64,000 nt of DNA from Patescibacteria group bacterium (GTDB lineage: Bacteria > Patescibacteriota > Patescibacteriia > Magasanikbacterales > GWA2-37-8): positions 142,337 to 206,336 of the forward strand of contig JAKLGL010000002.1 of NCBI GenBank assembly GCA_022710645.1, in the 5' to 3' direction. Numbering within the stretch: position 1 is the stretch's first letter; every line of letters begins with the position of its first letter. A program made the position numbers and the translations under genes. The notes below the pieces were generated by a model, which had not been told where the DNA came from, ran no database searches, and saw nothing but the letters and a program-made list of their open reading frames with translations. Of this stretch, positions 8,853 to 20,821 are shown piece by piece.

Positions 8853-8890
8853 GTTAAAAGTTTATAAAGTTATAAAGTTTGTAAAGTAAA
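8853..8890. promoter_or_regulatory. Tandem TATAAAGTT (reverse complement AACTTTATA) repeats 10-47 bp upstream of the glmS start
   Basis: GTTAAAAGTTTATAAAGTTATAAAGTTTGTAAAGT. The same repeat recurs at 12220-12250 and 21970-22006. Confidence 0.45.
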
Positions 8891-8892
8891 AA

Positions 8893-9648
8893 TTATTGTG
8901 TCGCTTCGCGACTTTTTAACTTGTCGGCTTTTGCCAACTCTTCCGGCGTATTAATTCCAAACCACTCGTCATTATTTTCCAATTTTATCACTTGAATTTT
9001 CTTTCCTTGTTCATTGGCCACAGACAAAGTTGTTGGTAAACCGAATTCATTTATTTTTTGCATTCTGGGCATGGTTGGAAACATGTTTTCAAACCAAACT
9101 CTGTCAAAACAAAAAGTGCCGGTACTGGTTATATTTATCTTTTTTTGTTCTTCATTTACATACTCTTTTTCAATAATATGCACTTGTCCATTTTCTTCTT
9201 CAACAACACGTCCATACATAGTCGGATCTTCCAATTCAACTGTCAAAATAGACAGCACTGCTTCACTTTCCAAATGTTTAGTAATAAATTTTTCCAAAGT
9301 TTCTTTTGTATAAAAAGCTCCATCATCTCCGTTCATCACCAAAACTTGTTTTATATTTGGCGGTAGTGCTGTTATCCCGGTATAAGCTGCATGAGCGGTT
9401 CCGAGTAATTCTTTTTGTTCCGCATAAATTACTTTACCATCAAAATATTCTATAACTTTTTCTTTACAAAAACCTACGACCAAACAAATTTGTTCTCGCT
9501 CAAACCCCATGTTTTTTAGAGTTTCTACCAAATAAGAAACTATCGGACGTCCTCCGATTTCCAGCATAACTTTTGGTTTATCCGTACAACCCAAGCGGGT
9601 TCCTTTGCCGGCAGATAAGATAACTACACCGATATTGTTTAAATTCAT
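8893..9648 (-). CDS. Sugar-phosphate nucleotidyltransferase, like the GlmU N-terminal domain
   Basis: VILSAGKGTRLG...KPKVML... is the NTP-transferase fold signature; the gene is adjacent to glmS. Confidence 0.75.
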   Translation of the reverse strand: MNLNNIGVVILSAGKGTRLGCTDKPKVMLEIGGRPIVSYLVETLKNMGFEREQICLVVGFCKEKVIEYFDGKVIYAEQKELLGTAHAAYTGITALPPNIKQVLVMNGDDGAFYTKETLEKFITKHLESEAVLSILTVELEDPTMYGRVVEEENGQVHIIEKEYVNEEQKKINITSTGTFCFDRVWFENMFPTMPRMQKINEFGLPTTLSVANEQGKKIQVIKLENNDEWFGINTPEELAKADKLKSREATQ

Positions 9649-9665
9649 AGATATAGAGTTTTAAT

Positions 9666-9746
9666 TTGTCATTCTGAACGAAGTGAAGAATCTGTAATAA
9701 GCAATTATCTTACTTACAGATCCTTCGCTACCGCTCAGGATGACAG
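9666..9746. repeat. About 85-bp imperfect palindromic intergenic element, copy 2, inverted relative to copy 1
   Basis: TGTCATTCTGAACGAAGTGAAGAATCTGTAATAAGCAATTATCTTACTTACAGATCCTTCGCTACCGCTCAGGATGACAG. Confidence 0.7.
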
Positions 9747-9780
9747 TTTGTTTTTTTATTATCAATCTACAATCAAAAAT

Positions 9781-10437
9781 CTAAAATTCTTTACAGCTCA
9801 TTGCATTTGATTTTTCCAAATATTTTTTTATTTCCTCCAAGCTCTCAAAATAATCCAATTTCTCTTTTTTATATTCTTCCTCCGTCCAATAAGTTTCGTT
9901 CATAATACTCAACACTTTCGCTTCAAGAAAATTTTCTTTTATCATTTTATTTTCCTCCAAATTATCATTTATAAATAAAACTTTTCCTTTTTTAACAGCT
10001 TCACCAACTATATCATCTTTTCCCCCGTCAATAATTTCCACTCTATCAAAATATGTCGTCAAATTGATATTTTTAATTTTTTTATCTTGAAAAAAATGAT
10101 TACCCGCGGTCAATAAAATTATTTTTTTACCTATACATTGCAAACTTTTCAAAAAATCTTCCGCCCCAACTTTTTTATAATTAATATTAAATAAATCGTT
10201 GAGTTGAATCGTAATTTCATTTCCCAAAGTATATCCCATTTCTCTTAATGCTTCCAATTGTCTTTCAAAAGTATAATCATAATAACCAAATTTAGGTAAT
10301 TCAGCCGCGTTTTTATACGCCAAATTAAAATCCTTTTCTTTTACGCCAAAATCCGATAAAACTCCAAAAATATCGGCTTTGAACCGACGGGTATCAAAAA
10401 TAGTATCGTCTAAATCTACAAAAATAAAATCAAACAT
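9781..10437 (-). CDS. HAD-superfamily hydrolase
   Basis: FIFVDLDDTIFD matches the DxDxT HAD motif I. Confidence 0.7.
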   Translation of the reverse strand: MFDFIFVDLDDTIFDTRRFKADIFGVLSDFGVKEKDFNLAYKNAAELPKFGYYDYTFERQLEALREMGYTLGNEITIQLNDLFNINYKKVGAEDFLKSLQCIGKKIILLTAGNHFFQDKKIKNINLTTYFDRVEIIDGGKDDIVGEAVKKGKVLFINDNLEENKMIKENFLEAKVLSIMNETYWTEEEYKKEKLDYFESLEEIKKYLEKSNAMSCKEF

Positions 10438-10443
10438 AGTTCT

Positions 10444-11421
10444 CTACACCCTCCCGTTACTGCCAAAAACTTCTTTATTTTTACGCATGTACATCTTTTT
10501 CAACTCTTCCCTGGCTAATCCTAAATATTTCCGCGGATCTATTTCCTCTCTTTTATTATTCAAGAAAAGACGAATCATCGCTGTCATTACCAAACGCCCG
10601 TCTGTATCTACATTTATTTTACAAACCGCGGATTTGGAAGCCAAACGTAATTGTTTTTCAGGAATTCCGATAGCTTTTTCAAGTTTCGCCCCGTTTTTGT
10701 TGGCAATATTCACATATTCTTGAGGCACACTGCTTGAACCGTGTAAAACTATTGGAAAATTTGGAAGTTGTTTTTCTATTTTTGCTAAAATATCCAAACG
10801 AATTTTCGGTTCAACTCCAGGTTTGAATTTATAGGCGCCATGAGAAGTACCAATAGAAATAGCCAAAGAATCTACACCGGTTTTTTTCACAAAATCTACC
10901 ACTTCTTCCGGTTTGGTATAATTGGAAACCTCTGATTTTACTTCATCTTCTACACCTGACAAAACCCCGAGTTCGCCTTCTACGGAAACTCCGTATTTAT
11001 GAGCAAAATCAACTACTTTTTTGGTTAATTTGATATTTTCTTTGTATGGCAAATAAGAACCGTCAATCATCACCGAAGAAAAACCACTCAAAATAGCGCT
11101 TTTGCAAATTTCAAAATCAGCGCCGTGATCAAGATGTAAAACGATCGGAATATTTTTTAGTTTTTTTTCTCTGGCAATTCTTTTTATCATTTCTACCGCT
11201 CCTTGCGCCATATATTGAAGCATTGTAGAATCCGCATATTCGCGAGCACCTTTACTCACTTGTAAAATTACCGGCGATTGAGTCAACAAACAAGCTTCTA
11301 CGATAGCTTGGAGTTGTTCCATATTATTAAAATTATACGCCGGAAGAGCGTAGTGGCCTTTCATTGCTTTTTTAAACAAATCTTTCGTATTTACAAACCC
11401 AAATTTTTGATATAAAAACAT
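10444..11421 (-). CDS. fba: Class II fructose-bisphosphate aldolase
   Basis: ALPAYNFNNMEQLQAIVEAC...HLDHG...SVMIDGS, class II FBA motifs. Confidence 0.9.
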   Translation of the reverse strand: MFLYQKFGFVNTKDLFKKAMKGHYALPAYNFNNMEQLQAIVEACLLTQSPVILQVSKGAREYADSTMLQYMAQGAVEMIKRIAREKKLKNIPIVLHLDHGADFEICKSAILSGFSSVMIDGSYLPYKENIKLTKKVVDFAHKYGVSVEGELGVLSGVEDEVKSEVSNYTKPEEVVDFVKKTGVDSLAISIGTSHGAYKFKPGVEPKIRLDILAKIEKQLPNFPIVLHGSSSVPQEYVNIANKNGAKLEKAIGIPEKQLRLASKSAVCKINVDTDGRLVMTAMIRLFLNNKREEIDPRKYLGLAREELKKMYMRKNKEVFGSNGRV

Positions 11422-11558
11422 ACAAATATAATTTTCAGTTTTTAATTTTCATTGAATTTACAATGTTCCAATATACCTACCATCAAATAGGTTTGTAATT
11501 GAAAATTGTAACATTAAAAATTCATTGAAAATTGAAAATTCTAAATTGAAAATTTTTA

Positions 11559-12209
11559 TTATTGTTTCCCTTCCCACTCTTTAAAAAACTTTTCTAAAAA
11601 ATCTCTGACACATTCAGCGCGTTTTTGCGCCATTTCTCTACCTGTTTTAGTATTCATCATTTTTGGTAATTTCAAAACTTTTTCGTAAAAATAATTTATA
11701 CTAGTTCCGGAAATTTTTTTAGTTTGATAATCTTTTTTACCAAGTCTTATTCTGGGTTTTCTTTTCGGATCATGCAACATGCGCCCGATTTTTCCTCCAG
11801 TGGCAAAAGTTCTAGCTATCCCTATCGCCCCCAAAGCATCCAAAAAATCAGCATCTTGAATTATTTTTGCTTCAATAGAATCCGGAGATTTTGTATCATC
11901 ACCGACAAATTGAGCATCTTCTATAATTTGAGAAATTTTCTCTTTGTCTTCTTCTTCAATCCCAAGTACATCCATCATTCCCAAAAGAACAAAGTTACCT
12001 TTCATTTGATTAAACTCGTATTTTTTATAATCTCCTAAATCATGAAGTAAAGCTGATAATTCTATCAACTCTCTATCTCCTCCTTCTTCTTCCTGTAATT
12101 TTTTAGCTAATTTCCAAACTCTTTCCGTATGATACCAATCATGGCCGGTATGTTCATCCTGTAATTTTAGCTTTACATATTCAATTGTTTTTTTAACTAA
12201 ATCGGACAT
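11559..12209 (-). CDS. HD-domain phosphohydrolase
   Basis: HDWYHTERV...LSALLHDLGD, HD motifs. Confidence 0.75.
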   Translation of the reverse strand: MSDLVKKTIEYVKLKLQDEHTGHDWYHTERVWKLAKKLQEEEGGDRELIELSALLHDLGDYKKYEFNQMKGNFVLLGMMDVLGIEEEDKEKISQIIEDAQFVGDDTKSPDSIEAKIIQDADFLDALGAIGIARTFATGGKIGRMLHDPKRKPRIRLGKKDYQTKKISGTSINYFYEKVLKLPKMMNTKTGREMAQKRAECVRDFLEKFFKEWEGKQ

Positions 12210-12219
12210 AAATAAAGAG

Positions 12220-12290
12220 TCAAAAGTCTATAAAGTTTATAAAGTCTATAAAGTCGCGACTTGACGGACTTTATGGACATTATGGACTTT
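12220..12290. promoter_or_regulatory. Triplicated ACTTTATA(A/G) motif immediately upstream of the HD gene, embedded in a larger imperfect palindrome
   Basis: TCTATAAAGTTTATAAAGTCTATAAAGTCGCGACTTGACGGACTTTATGGACATTATGGACTTT. Confidence 0.4.
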
Positions 12291-12494
12291 CTACTTATGG
12301 TCATTTTATCAATTTTTATCTCGAAAGTAAAGAAAATAACAAAAAACACCTCGCTATAAAGCGGGGTGTTTTTCTTTAAGTATAGAGTTCAGGCGCTGGC
12401 CTACCCCGCACAAGTTGCTTTACGCAACTATGCGGGACTTCGTCCCGATATAAAATCGGGACTACGCTTTTGCCGCAAGCAATTACAAAATACA

Positions 12495-12532
12495 ACACAA
12501 AAAGAACCTATCTTACGACAGGTTCTTTTTTC
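12495..12532. terminator. Bidirectional terminator downstream of the 5S rRNA
   Basis: AGAACCT-atcttacgac-AGGTTCT with T-runs on both strands. Confidence 0.6.
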
Positions 12533-12544
12533 TTTAAGTATAGA

Positions 12545-12656
12545 GTTCAGGCGCTGGCCTACTTTTGCCTTTAGGGCTATCATCGGCGCCGAAGAGCTTA
12601 ACTGCCGAGTTCGGGATGGGATCGGGTGTGACCCCTTCGCTTAAAGCACCTGAACT
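12545..12656 (-). rRNA. rrf: 5S rRNA
   Basis: The reverse complement reads ...GGTGCTTTAAGCGAAGGGGTCACACCCGATCCCATCCCGAACTCGGCAGTTAAGCTCTTCGGCGCCGATGATAGCCC..., containing the conserved 5S CCCGAAC motif. Ends are approximate. Confidence 0.85.
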
Positions 12657-12694
12657 CTACACTTAAAATTTAAAAGAATATTTTGGGACAAGAA

Positions 12695-15625
<2,931 letters not shown>

Positions 15626-15951
15626 GCACGACAAAAACGTTAAAAAGTTCTTTGTCGTGCCCCAAAATATTCTTTTAAATTGTCAATTTACAATCCGTAA
15701 TCTTACCAGATGTTTCCAACCGAAAACTTCGGTTAAAATCATCTGCCAATATTTTTTAAAAAAAATAACCGCCTTTCAAAGCGGCCATAAAATTCAGGGT
15801 GATTCCCCATTAAACCGCTTGGATTCTAAGTAAGATAAATTGTTTTTTCGTAAACATTTTTTTAAGCTTTTAAGCTTCTTACCCAGAGGTCCAATTTGGC
15901 TAAAAGCCGGTATTAATGTGGACGTGGTTTATAGTTTTTATTGCAAAGCAA

Positions 15952-15980
15952 ATAATAGCAAATAATTTTAAAGGTGTCAA
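15952..15980 (-). promoter_or_regulatory. Near-consensus sigma70-type promoter for the 23S-5S operon
   Basis: Minus strand reads TTGACA, a 17-nt spacer CCTTTAAAATTATTTGC, then TATTAT. It lies about 320 nt upstream of the mature 23S 5' end. Confidence 0.55.
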
Positions 15981-15989
15981 GAGCAACTT

Positions 15990-16007
15990 TGTGGATAGTT
16001 ATCCACA
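15990..16007. promoter_or_regulatory. Inverted pair of DnaA-box-like 9-mers, TGTGGATAG and TTATCCACA
   Basis: TTATCCACA is an exact DnaA-box consensus. The motif AGTTATCCACAAAGAAAATAA recurs at 40886-40909. Confidence 0.3.
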
Positions 16008-16040
16008 AGAAAATAATTCTGATTTTCTTTTAATTTAAGC

Positions 16041-16316
16041 TTATTTTGATAGTATAACCAACAGTGCGCCAAAATCATCCACAACCTCTTCTACCAGTTT
16101 ATTTTTTAATAAATAATTTTTAATTTTTTCTTTGAGAACTCCTTTTCCTCCGCCGGTAATAATTTTGACAGCTTGTTCACCGTTTAAAAAATTTTGATAA
16201 AGAAATTGATCAACTTTTTCTTCTGTTTCGTTTATATTTTCTCCATGCAAATCAAGCTCCGGAATTTTTGCTCCAAGCTCAAAAGATAATTTTAAAAATT
16301 TATTTTTATCAGACAT
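16041..16316 (-). CDS. Smr-domain protein
   Basis: LDLHGENINE...KIITGGGKGVLKEKI is an Smr motif. The start is taken at the internal MSDKNKF, because the upstream extension overlaps the terminator of the preceding gene. Confidence 0.6.
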   Translation of the reverse strand: MSDKNKFLKLSFELGAKIPELDLHGENINETEEKVDQFLYQNFLNGEQAVKIITGGGKGVLKEKIKNYLLKNKLVEEVVDDFGALLVILSK

Positions 16317-16368
16317 AGTTTTTAAAAAAATCGGTCCGCACTGAGCGGACCGTAGAAACGGAGGTGAT

Positions 16369-17055
16369 TCACTTTTGACGCGTTTGACTCGCAGCCAACA
16401 TAACGCGTTCATATAAATCCATGCTTACACCCGGTCCGACAGCATAGCTATGTATCGAATTACCATGAACGTCACGAACCGAATAATCAACAAGTCTTTT
16501 TTCAACCAGATCAATGATAATCTCGGGATTACGACCTCGCATCGCGAGCATTAACGGACTGCGATTTTCTTCATCACAACATTTGAAATTCGCCTTGTTT
16601 ACCAAGATCTTGTAAAAATCAGCATCACCGACATCACAAGCGACAAGCAGTGCATTGTCGATGTCCTTTTGAGACAACAACCCGAGAATCTTCTCCAGCT
16701 TGTCTTTTTCTTTGTTGATCATGAGCTCACGAAGAAGTTCCCTTGATACTGTGGCGCCTTTGGCAAGTAAACTGTTGATAAGCTCAACTTTACCATGTTT
16801 GACCGCAAAATCCAGACAAGTTTTACCCTGGCTGTTTTTGACTTGAATGTCAGCACCGTGATTGATGAGATATTGTGCAGAAAATACATCTCCATCACGA
16901 CAAGCCTTAAGCAGCAGAGTATCTCCGTCAGGGTATTTGTCATTAAGTGACAATCGCCCTTCCTGAACAGCTTCGGTAACTTCCTCGGTACGACCTTTGT
17001 TGATCATTCGTTTTACCTGAAAAAGAAGCACGAGCTTTGAAATTTTTTTAAACAT
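16369..17055 (-). CDS. Ankyrin-repeat protein
   Basis: Repeated GDTLLLKACRDGD, HGADIQVKNSQGKTCLDFAV and NALLVACDVGD modules. Start MFKKISKL follows a GGAGGA ribosome-binding site. The longer listed ORF runs through a tRNA and terminator and was trimmed. Confidence 0.7.
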   Translation of the reverse strand: MFKKISKLVLLFQVKRMINKGRTEEVTEAVQEGRLSLNDKYPDGDTLLLKACRDGDVFSAQYLINHGADIQVKNSQGKTCLDFAVKHGKVELINSLLAKGATVSRELLRELMINKEKDKLEKILGLLSQKDIDNALLVACDVGDADFYKILVNKANFKCCDEENRSPLMLAMRGRNPEIIIDLVEKRLVDYSVRDVHGNSIHSYAVGPGVSMDLYERVMLAASQTRQK

Positions 17056-17074
17056 GATTGTCCTCCGTATAAAT

Positions 17075-17150
17075 AAAAAGAACAGTAGTGGGGATGGAGA
17101 CCCGCCCGCCTCGGCTACGCCGAAGGCGTGTCGGGCGGGGACTCGAGCTC
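17075..17150 (-). terminator. GC-rich hairpin plus T-run after tRNA-Leu(TAG); it contains a 13-nt copy of the tRNA 3' end
   Basis: CCCGCCCGACACGCCTTCGGCGTAGCCGAGGCGGGCGGG then TCTCCATCCCCA then CTACTGTTCTTTTTTATTT. Confidence 0.5.
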
Positions 17151-17159
17151 CGAAACAAG

Positions 17160-17241
17160 TGGGGATGGAGAGACTCGAACTCTCACGGATTGCTCCACGT
17201 GCTCCTAAGGCACGCGTGTATACCAATTTCACCACATCCCC
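17160..17241 (-). tRNA. tRNA-Leu, anticodon TAG
   Basis: GGGGATGTGGTGAAATTGGTATACACGCGTGCCTTAGGAGCACGTGGAGCAATCCGTGAGAGTTCGAGTCTCTCCATCCCCA, with the long variable arm expected of tRNA-Leu. Confidence 0.85.
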
Positions 17242-17332
17242 TAAAAAATTAATCGCCATTATTCTAACATATATTAATAAAAAAGAAAAGGGCCGCGCAT
17301 ACGCGCAGCCCCAAAAAAAGAACGAGAATATA

Positions 17333-17812
17333 TTACCCATAAAATCCTATGGTCTGCCACCAGTGTGGCGGATATGTAGCGTGAGGCTTCTTTTGCTGGT
17401 CTTCTTCAGTGCTTGAAACAGCAAATTTTTCGTCAACCTCATGGTTGACAAAAAACTGAAACCTTGCGTCTCCTCCGCCGCAATAAGTGTTGACGACCAC
17501 TGCATATTTATCACCGATACACTCAGCAGTGGCATGACCATAGTAATCAAAGCCTGGTTTTAAACCAGGGAGTGTCAGTTCAAAGCCGATCAATACATTA
17601 AAGGGTTGATCCCAGACAAGAACGATGTTCCTCATACCCCTCTTGACTCCGGCCAATTCCGCTCCGGGCCAGTAGTACTCTATCAAACAACGAGAACTAA
17701 TAATAAAGCTCCTCATAAAGGAGAACTTTTTTACCAGTTCGCTGGCCAGAAAAACAGCCGTTGCCAAAAATATAACTACCAAAACAACCAGGACAACAAT
17801 CAACACTTTCAT
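17333..17812 (-). CDS. Hypothetical signal-anchored protein
   Basis: Hydrophobic N-terminus MKVLIVVLVVLVVIFLATAV followed by a soluble domain containing four cysteines. Confidence 0.5.
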   Translation of the reverse strand: MKVLIVVLVVLVVIFLATAVFLASELVKKFSFMRSFIISSRCLIEYYWPGAELAGVKRGMRNIVLVWDQPFNVLIGFELTLPGLKPGFDYYGHATAECIGDKYAVVVNTYCGGGDARFQFFVNHEVDEKFAVSSTEEDQQKKPHATYPPHWWQTIGFYG

Positions 17813-17953
17813 AATAGCCTCCGCCATACAAATTAATAAACTGTCAAAGAACAAAGCATTATAGCACATTTTAGCCTTTTTGTCAACCCTGTCAAGAAAA
17901 GAATTTTAATAAAAAAGAACTCCGAAAATGGAGTTCTTTTTTTGTTTTATTAA

Positions 17954-20242
17954 TTATCTTCCTCTGTGTCCACCTCTATTACCGCCTCGTCCGCCAAATC
18001 CACCTCTTCCTCCATTGTCGCTTCTTGGAGGTCTTTCATATTCCACATATCCTTCCGGTTTCGGAAGTAACGCGCGCATACTCAAATTTACACGTCCGAG
18101 ATTATCAATTTCTTTTACAAGTACTTTTACTTTATCGCCAATCTTCAAAACATCACTTGGTTTATTGGTTCTGCTCCAAGCAATTTCGCTCACATGAACC
18201 AATCCGTCTTGTCCCGGCAATACATTTATGAAAGCGCCAAAATCTTCCAAACGAACAACTTCACCATCATAAACTTCCCCGGCAGTAATTTCATGGGTCA
18301 ATGCATTTACCCAATCTACCGCTTTTTTCATACCAACAGCATCTGATGATGTGATTATTACACGACCATCTTGCTCAATATCTATCTGAGCGCCAGTTTC
18401 ATCTATGATTTTATTAATCATTTTTCCTCCCGGACCGATAACATCACGAATTTTATCCGGATTGATATTTATAGTAACTATTCGTGGAGCAAAAGGAGAT
18501 AAATCTTGTCTTGGTTGGGAAATTGTTTTTTCCATAAAAGACAAAATCTTTTCACGAGCTTCAAATGATTGTTTAAAAGTTTGTTTTATCAATTCCCAAT
18601 TTAAACCCACGGTTTTCGTATCCATCTGAATAGCGGTAATCCCGTCGCGAGTTCCGGTAATTTTGAAATCCATACCTCCCGGACCGTCTTCAATATCTTG
18701 CAAATCAGTGATAACTTTCCATGCGTCACCAACAGATGCCAAACCCATAGCAATACCGGCTACCGGTTTTTTGATAGGTACTCCGGCATCCATAAGAGCC
18801 AAAGTCGAGCCACAAGTGGAAGCCATGGAAGAACTACCGTTACTACCCATAACTTCAGAAACTACACGAATAGTATATGGAAAATCTTTTTCTTCCGGCA
18901 ATACTGGAACAAGGGCTTTTTCAGCCAAAGCGCCATGACCGATAGCGCGATTACCCGGTCCGCGAAGAGGGCCTGCTTCTCCATAACTGGCCGGAGTATC
19001 GTTATAATGATGCATATAACGTTTGGTTCCTCCTTCTTCCATAGTATCCAAAGTTTGTTTATCTCCGGGAGCCCCCAAAGTAACAACTGACAACACTTGA
19101 GTATCACCACGCATGAACATACCTGTGCCGTGAGTTCGCGGCAATAAATTGACATCACTGAAAAGAGGTCTTATTTCATCTATTTTACGACCGTCCAAAC
19201 GTTGTCCTTTTTCCAAAATTCTTTCACTGATAACTTCTTCAACATAAATTTTTACTCTGGCCAAAACTACGGTTTGAATTTCTTCTTCCACTCCTTGCAT
19301 TTCCAACATTTCTTTTATCGCCTCGCTGAATTTATCAACCATTGCCACCCTTTCGGCACGGCCTTTTTTCGGCGCATCGAAAATCCAATCTTCCGAATGG
19401 CTTTTTACAAAAGCTCTAACCTGTTCTTCAACTTCACGTAATTTTTTTTCAGAATCAGACAAATTGGAATTCAAATCTATTTTTTGTTTTCCAACTTCGC
19501 TTACTATTTTATTTATAAACTCAATAACCGGTTTCAAATTCCCCGCGCCAAATTGCATAGCTGCAATCATTTCTTCTTCGGGAATTTCTTTGGCTTCGGC
19601 TTCTACCATGATTATTTTTTCCGGAGTTCCGGCAACCACCAAATCAAGATCTCCTTTGGATCTTTCTTCTAAACTCGGATTTAAAATAAATTTTCCGTCA
19701 ATTTTTCCGATACGAGCTCCGGCAATCGGACCTGTCCACGGAACATCGGAAATCGCAAGAACTGTAGCAGCCGCAATCATAGCCGGAATTTGGGAATCGT
19801 TCTGTCCATCAAAAGAAAGAGCGGTCAAAACAACTTGCACGTCGTTTCGCATATTTTGATTAAAAAGAGGACGAATCGCTCTATCCACCAATCTGCCGGA
19901 TAATATAGCCTCTTCACTAGCTTTACCTTCTCTTTTGATAAACCGACTGCCTTTAATTTTTCCCGCAGCATACATCTTTTCCTCAAAATTTACCATCAAC
20001 GGAAAAAAATCTATTCCTTCGCGAGTGTTTTTACTCATCACGACTGTTGCCAAAAGTACCGTATCGCCATAGCGTACAGTACAAGATCCGTTAGTAAGAA
20101 AGGCGTATCTGCCGGTTTCAACCGTCAAAGTACGACCGCCCCACTGCATGGACCACTGTTTTATGTCTAACATAACAAAAATGTTATGGGATGATTTGGA
20201 AGCTTTGAAGACCTCTTTTGATGAAGTCTCTTTTGTCTCCAA
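17954..20242 (-). CDS. pnp: Polynucleotide phosphorylase with a C-terminal RGG-rich tail
   Basis: Two RNase PH domains, KH and S1 domains, then a tail ...GGRGGFGGRGGNRGGHRGR. The true start may be the internal MLDIKQW. Confidence 0.9.
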   Translation of the reverse strand: METKETSSKEVFKASKSSHNIFVMLDIKQWSMQWGGRTLTVETGRYAFLTNGSCTVRYGDTVLLATVVMSKNTREGIDFFPLMVNFEEKMYAAGKIKGSRFIKREGKASEEAILSGRLVDRAIRPLFNQNMRNDVQVVLTALSFDGQNDSQIPAMIAAATVLAISDVPWTGPIAGARIGKIDGKFILNPSLEERSKGDLDLVVAGTPEKIIMVEAEAKEIPEEEMIAAMQFGAGNLKPVIEFINKIVSEVGKQKIDLNSNLSDSEKKLREVEEQVRAFVKSHSEDWIFDAPKKGRAERVAMVDKFSEAIKEMLEMQGVEEEIQTVVLARVKIYVEEVISERILEKGQRLDGRKIDEIRPLFSDVNLLPRTHGTGMFMRGDTQVLSVVTLGAPGDKQTLDTMEEGGTKRYMHHYNDTPASYGEAGPLRGPGNRAIGHGALAEKALVPVLPEEKDFPYTIRVVSEVMGSNGSSSMASTCGSTLALMDAGVPIKKPVAGIAMGLASVGDAWKVITDLQDIEDGPGGMDFKITGTRDGITAIQMDTKTVGLNWELIKQTFKQSFEAREKILSFMEKTISQPRQDLSPFAPRIVTININPDKIRDVIGPGGKMINKIIDETGAQIDIEQDGRVIITSSDAVGMKKAVDWVNALTHEITAGEVYDGEVVRLEDFGAFINVLPGQDGLVHVSEIAWSRTNKPSDVLKIGDKVKVLVKEIDNLGRVNLSMRALLPKPEGYVEYERPPRSDNGGRGGFGGRGGNRGGHRGR

Positions 20243-20272
20243 ACCAAGCCCGTTAATAAATTTTAAATAAAA

Positions 20273-20821
20273 CTACAAGCTTTTTTTGTAAACGCTTCTG
20301 ATCAAAAATCTACCTTTATCTTCACTCAAATCAATAAAATCATCCGATTCTTCTTTTAAACGAGAGGAAGCCGTTTCACCAAAAGCCACTACTTCTACTT
20401 GTTTGCCTTGATTTTGCAAATATTCCACCAACGGTAAATAATCACCGTCTCCAGAAACTATTATTATCGTATCCAAACTCGGTGACAAACGAATAGCATC
20501 TACTGTAATACCAACATCCCAATCACCCTTTTTTTCTCCGCCGTAAAAAGTTTGCAAAGGTTTTTCATGTGTTTCAATACCCAAATTATAAAGCGCTTCA
20601 AAAAAAGGCTGTTCTTCTCCGGATTCTGTGGAAATAACATAAGCAATAGCGCGAATAAGTTTTCTTCCAGCTACTGCTTCTCGTACAATTTGTCCGAAAT
20701 TAACCTTGGCGCCAAATAAATTTTTGGCGCTGTAGTACATATTTTGTACATCAATAAACACCCCAACGCGTTGTTCGGGGTGTTTAAGAGGATGTGATTT
20801 TTTATTCTGAATCTTTTTCAT
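20273..20821 (-). CDS. NYN-domain (LabA-like) protein inserted between rpsO and pnp
   Basis: VGVFIDVQNMYYSA...IIIVSGDGDYLPLV, an NYN/PIN-like fold motif. Confidence 0.65.
   Translation of the reverse strand: MKKIQNKKSHPLKHPEQRVGVFIDVQNMYYSAKNLFGAKVNFGQIVREAVAGRKLIRAIAYVISTESGEEQPFFEALYNLGIETHEKPLQTFYGGEKKGDWDVGITVDAIRLSPSLDTIIIVSGDGDYLPLVEYLQNQGKQVEVVAFGETASSRLKEESDDFIDLSEDKGRFLIRSVYKKSL

Noticed and set aside
8853-8890. Possible CRISPR array, considering the tandem short repeats at 8853, 12220 and 21970
   Set aside because: The repeat unit is only 9-10 bp with no spacers, and no cas genes are present. It is not CRISPR.
15650-16040. 16S rRNA or tRNA genes upstream of 23S
   Set aside because: No 16S-like conserved sequence is present. 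The region contains only promoter-like and DnaA-box-like motifs.
17086-17159. Second tRNA gene downstream of tRNA-Leu(TAG)
   Set aside because: The only match is to the last 13 nt of the tRNA. The rest forms a GC hairpin plus T-run, which is best read as a terminator.
16369-17340. Full 323-aa ankyrin ORF and ORF 17054..17416 (+)
   Set aside because: The upstream extension runs through tRNA-Leu(TAG) and its terminator. The start was trimmed to MFKKISKL at 17055, which follows a GGAGGA ribosome-binding site.
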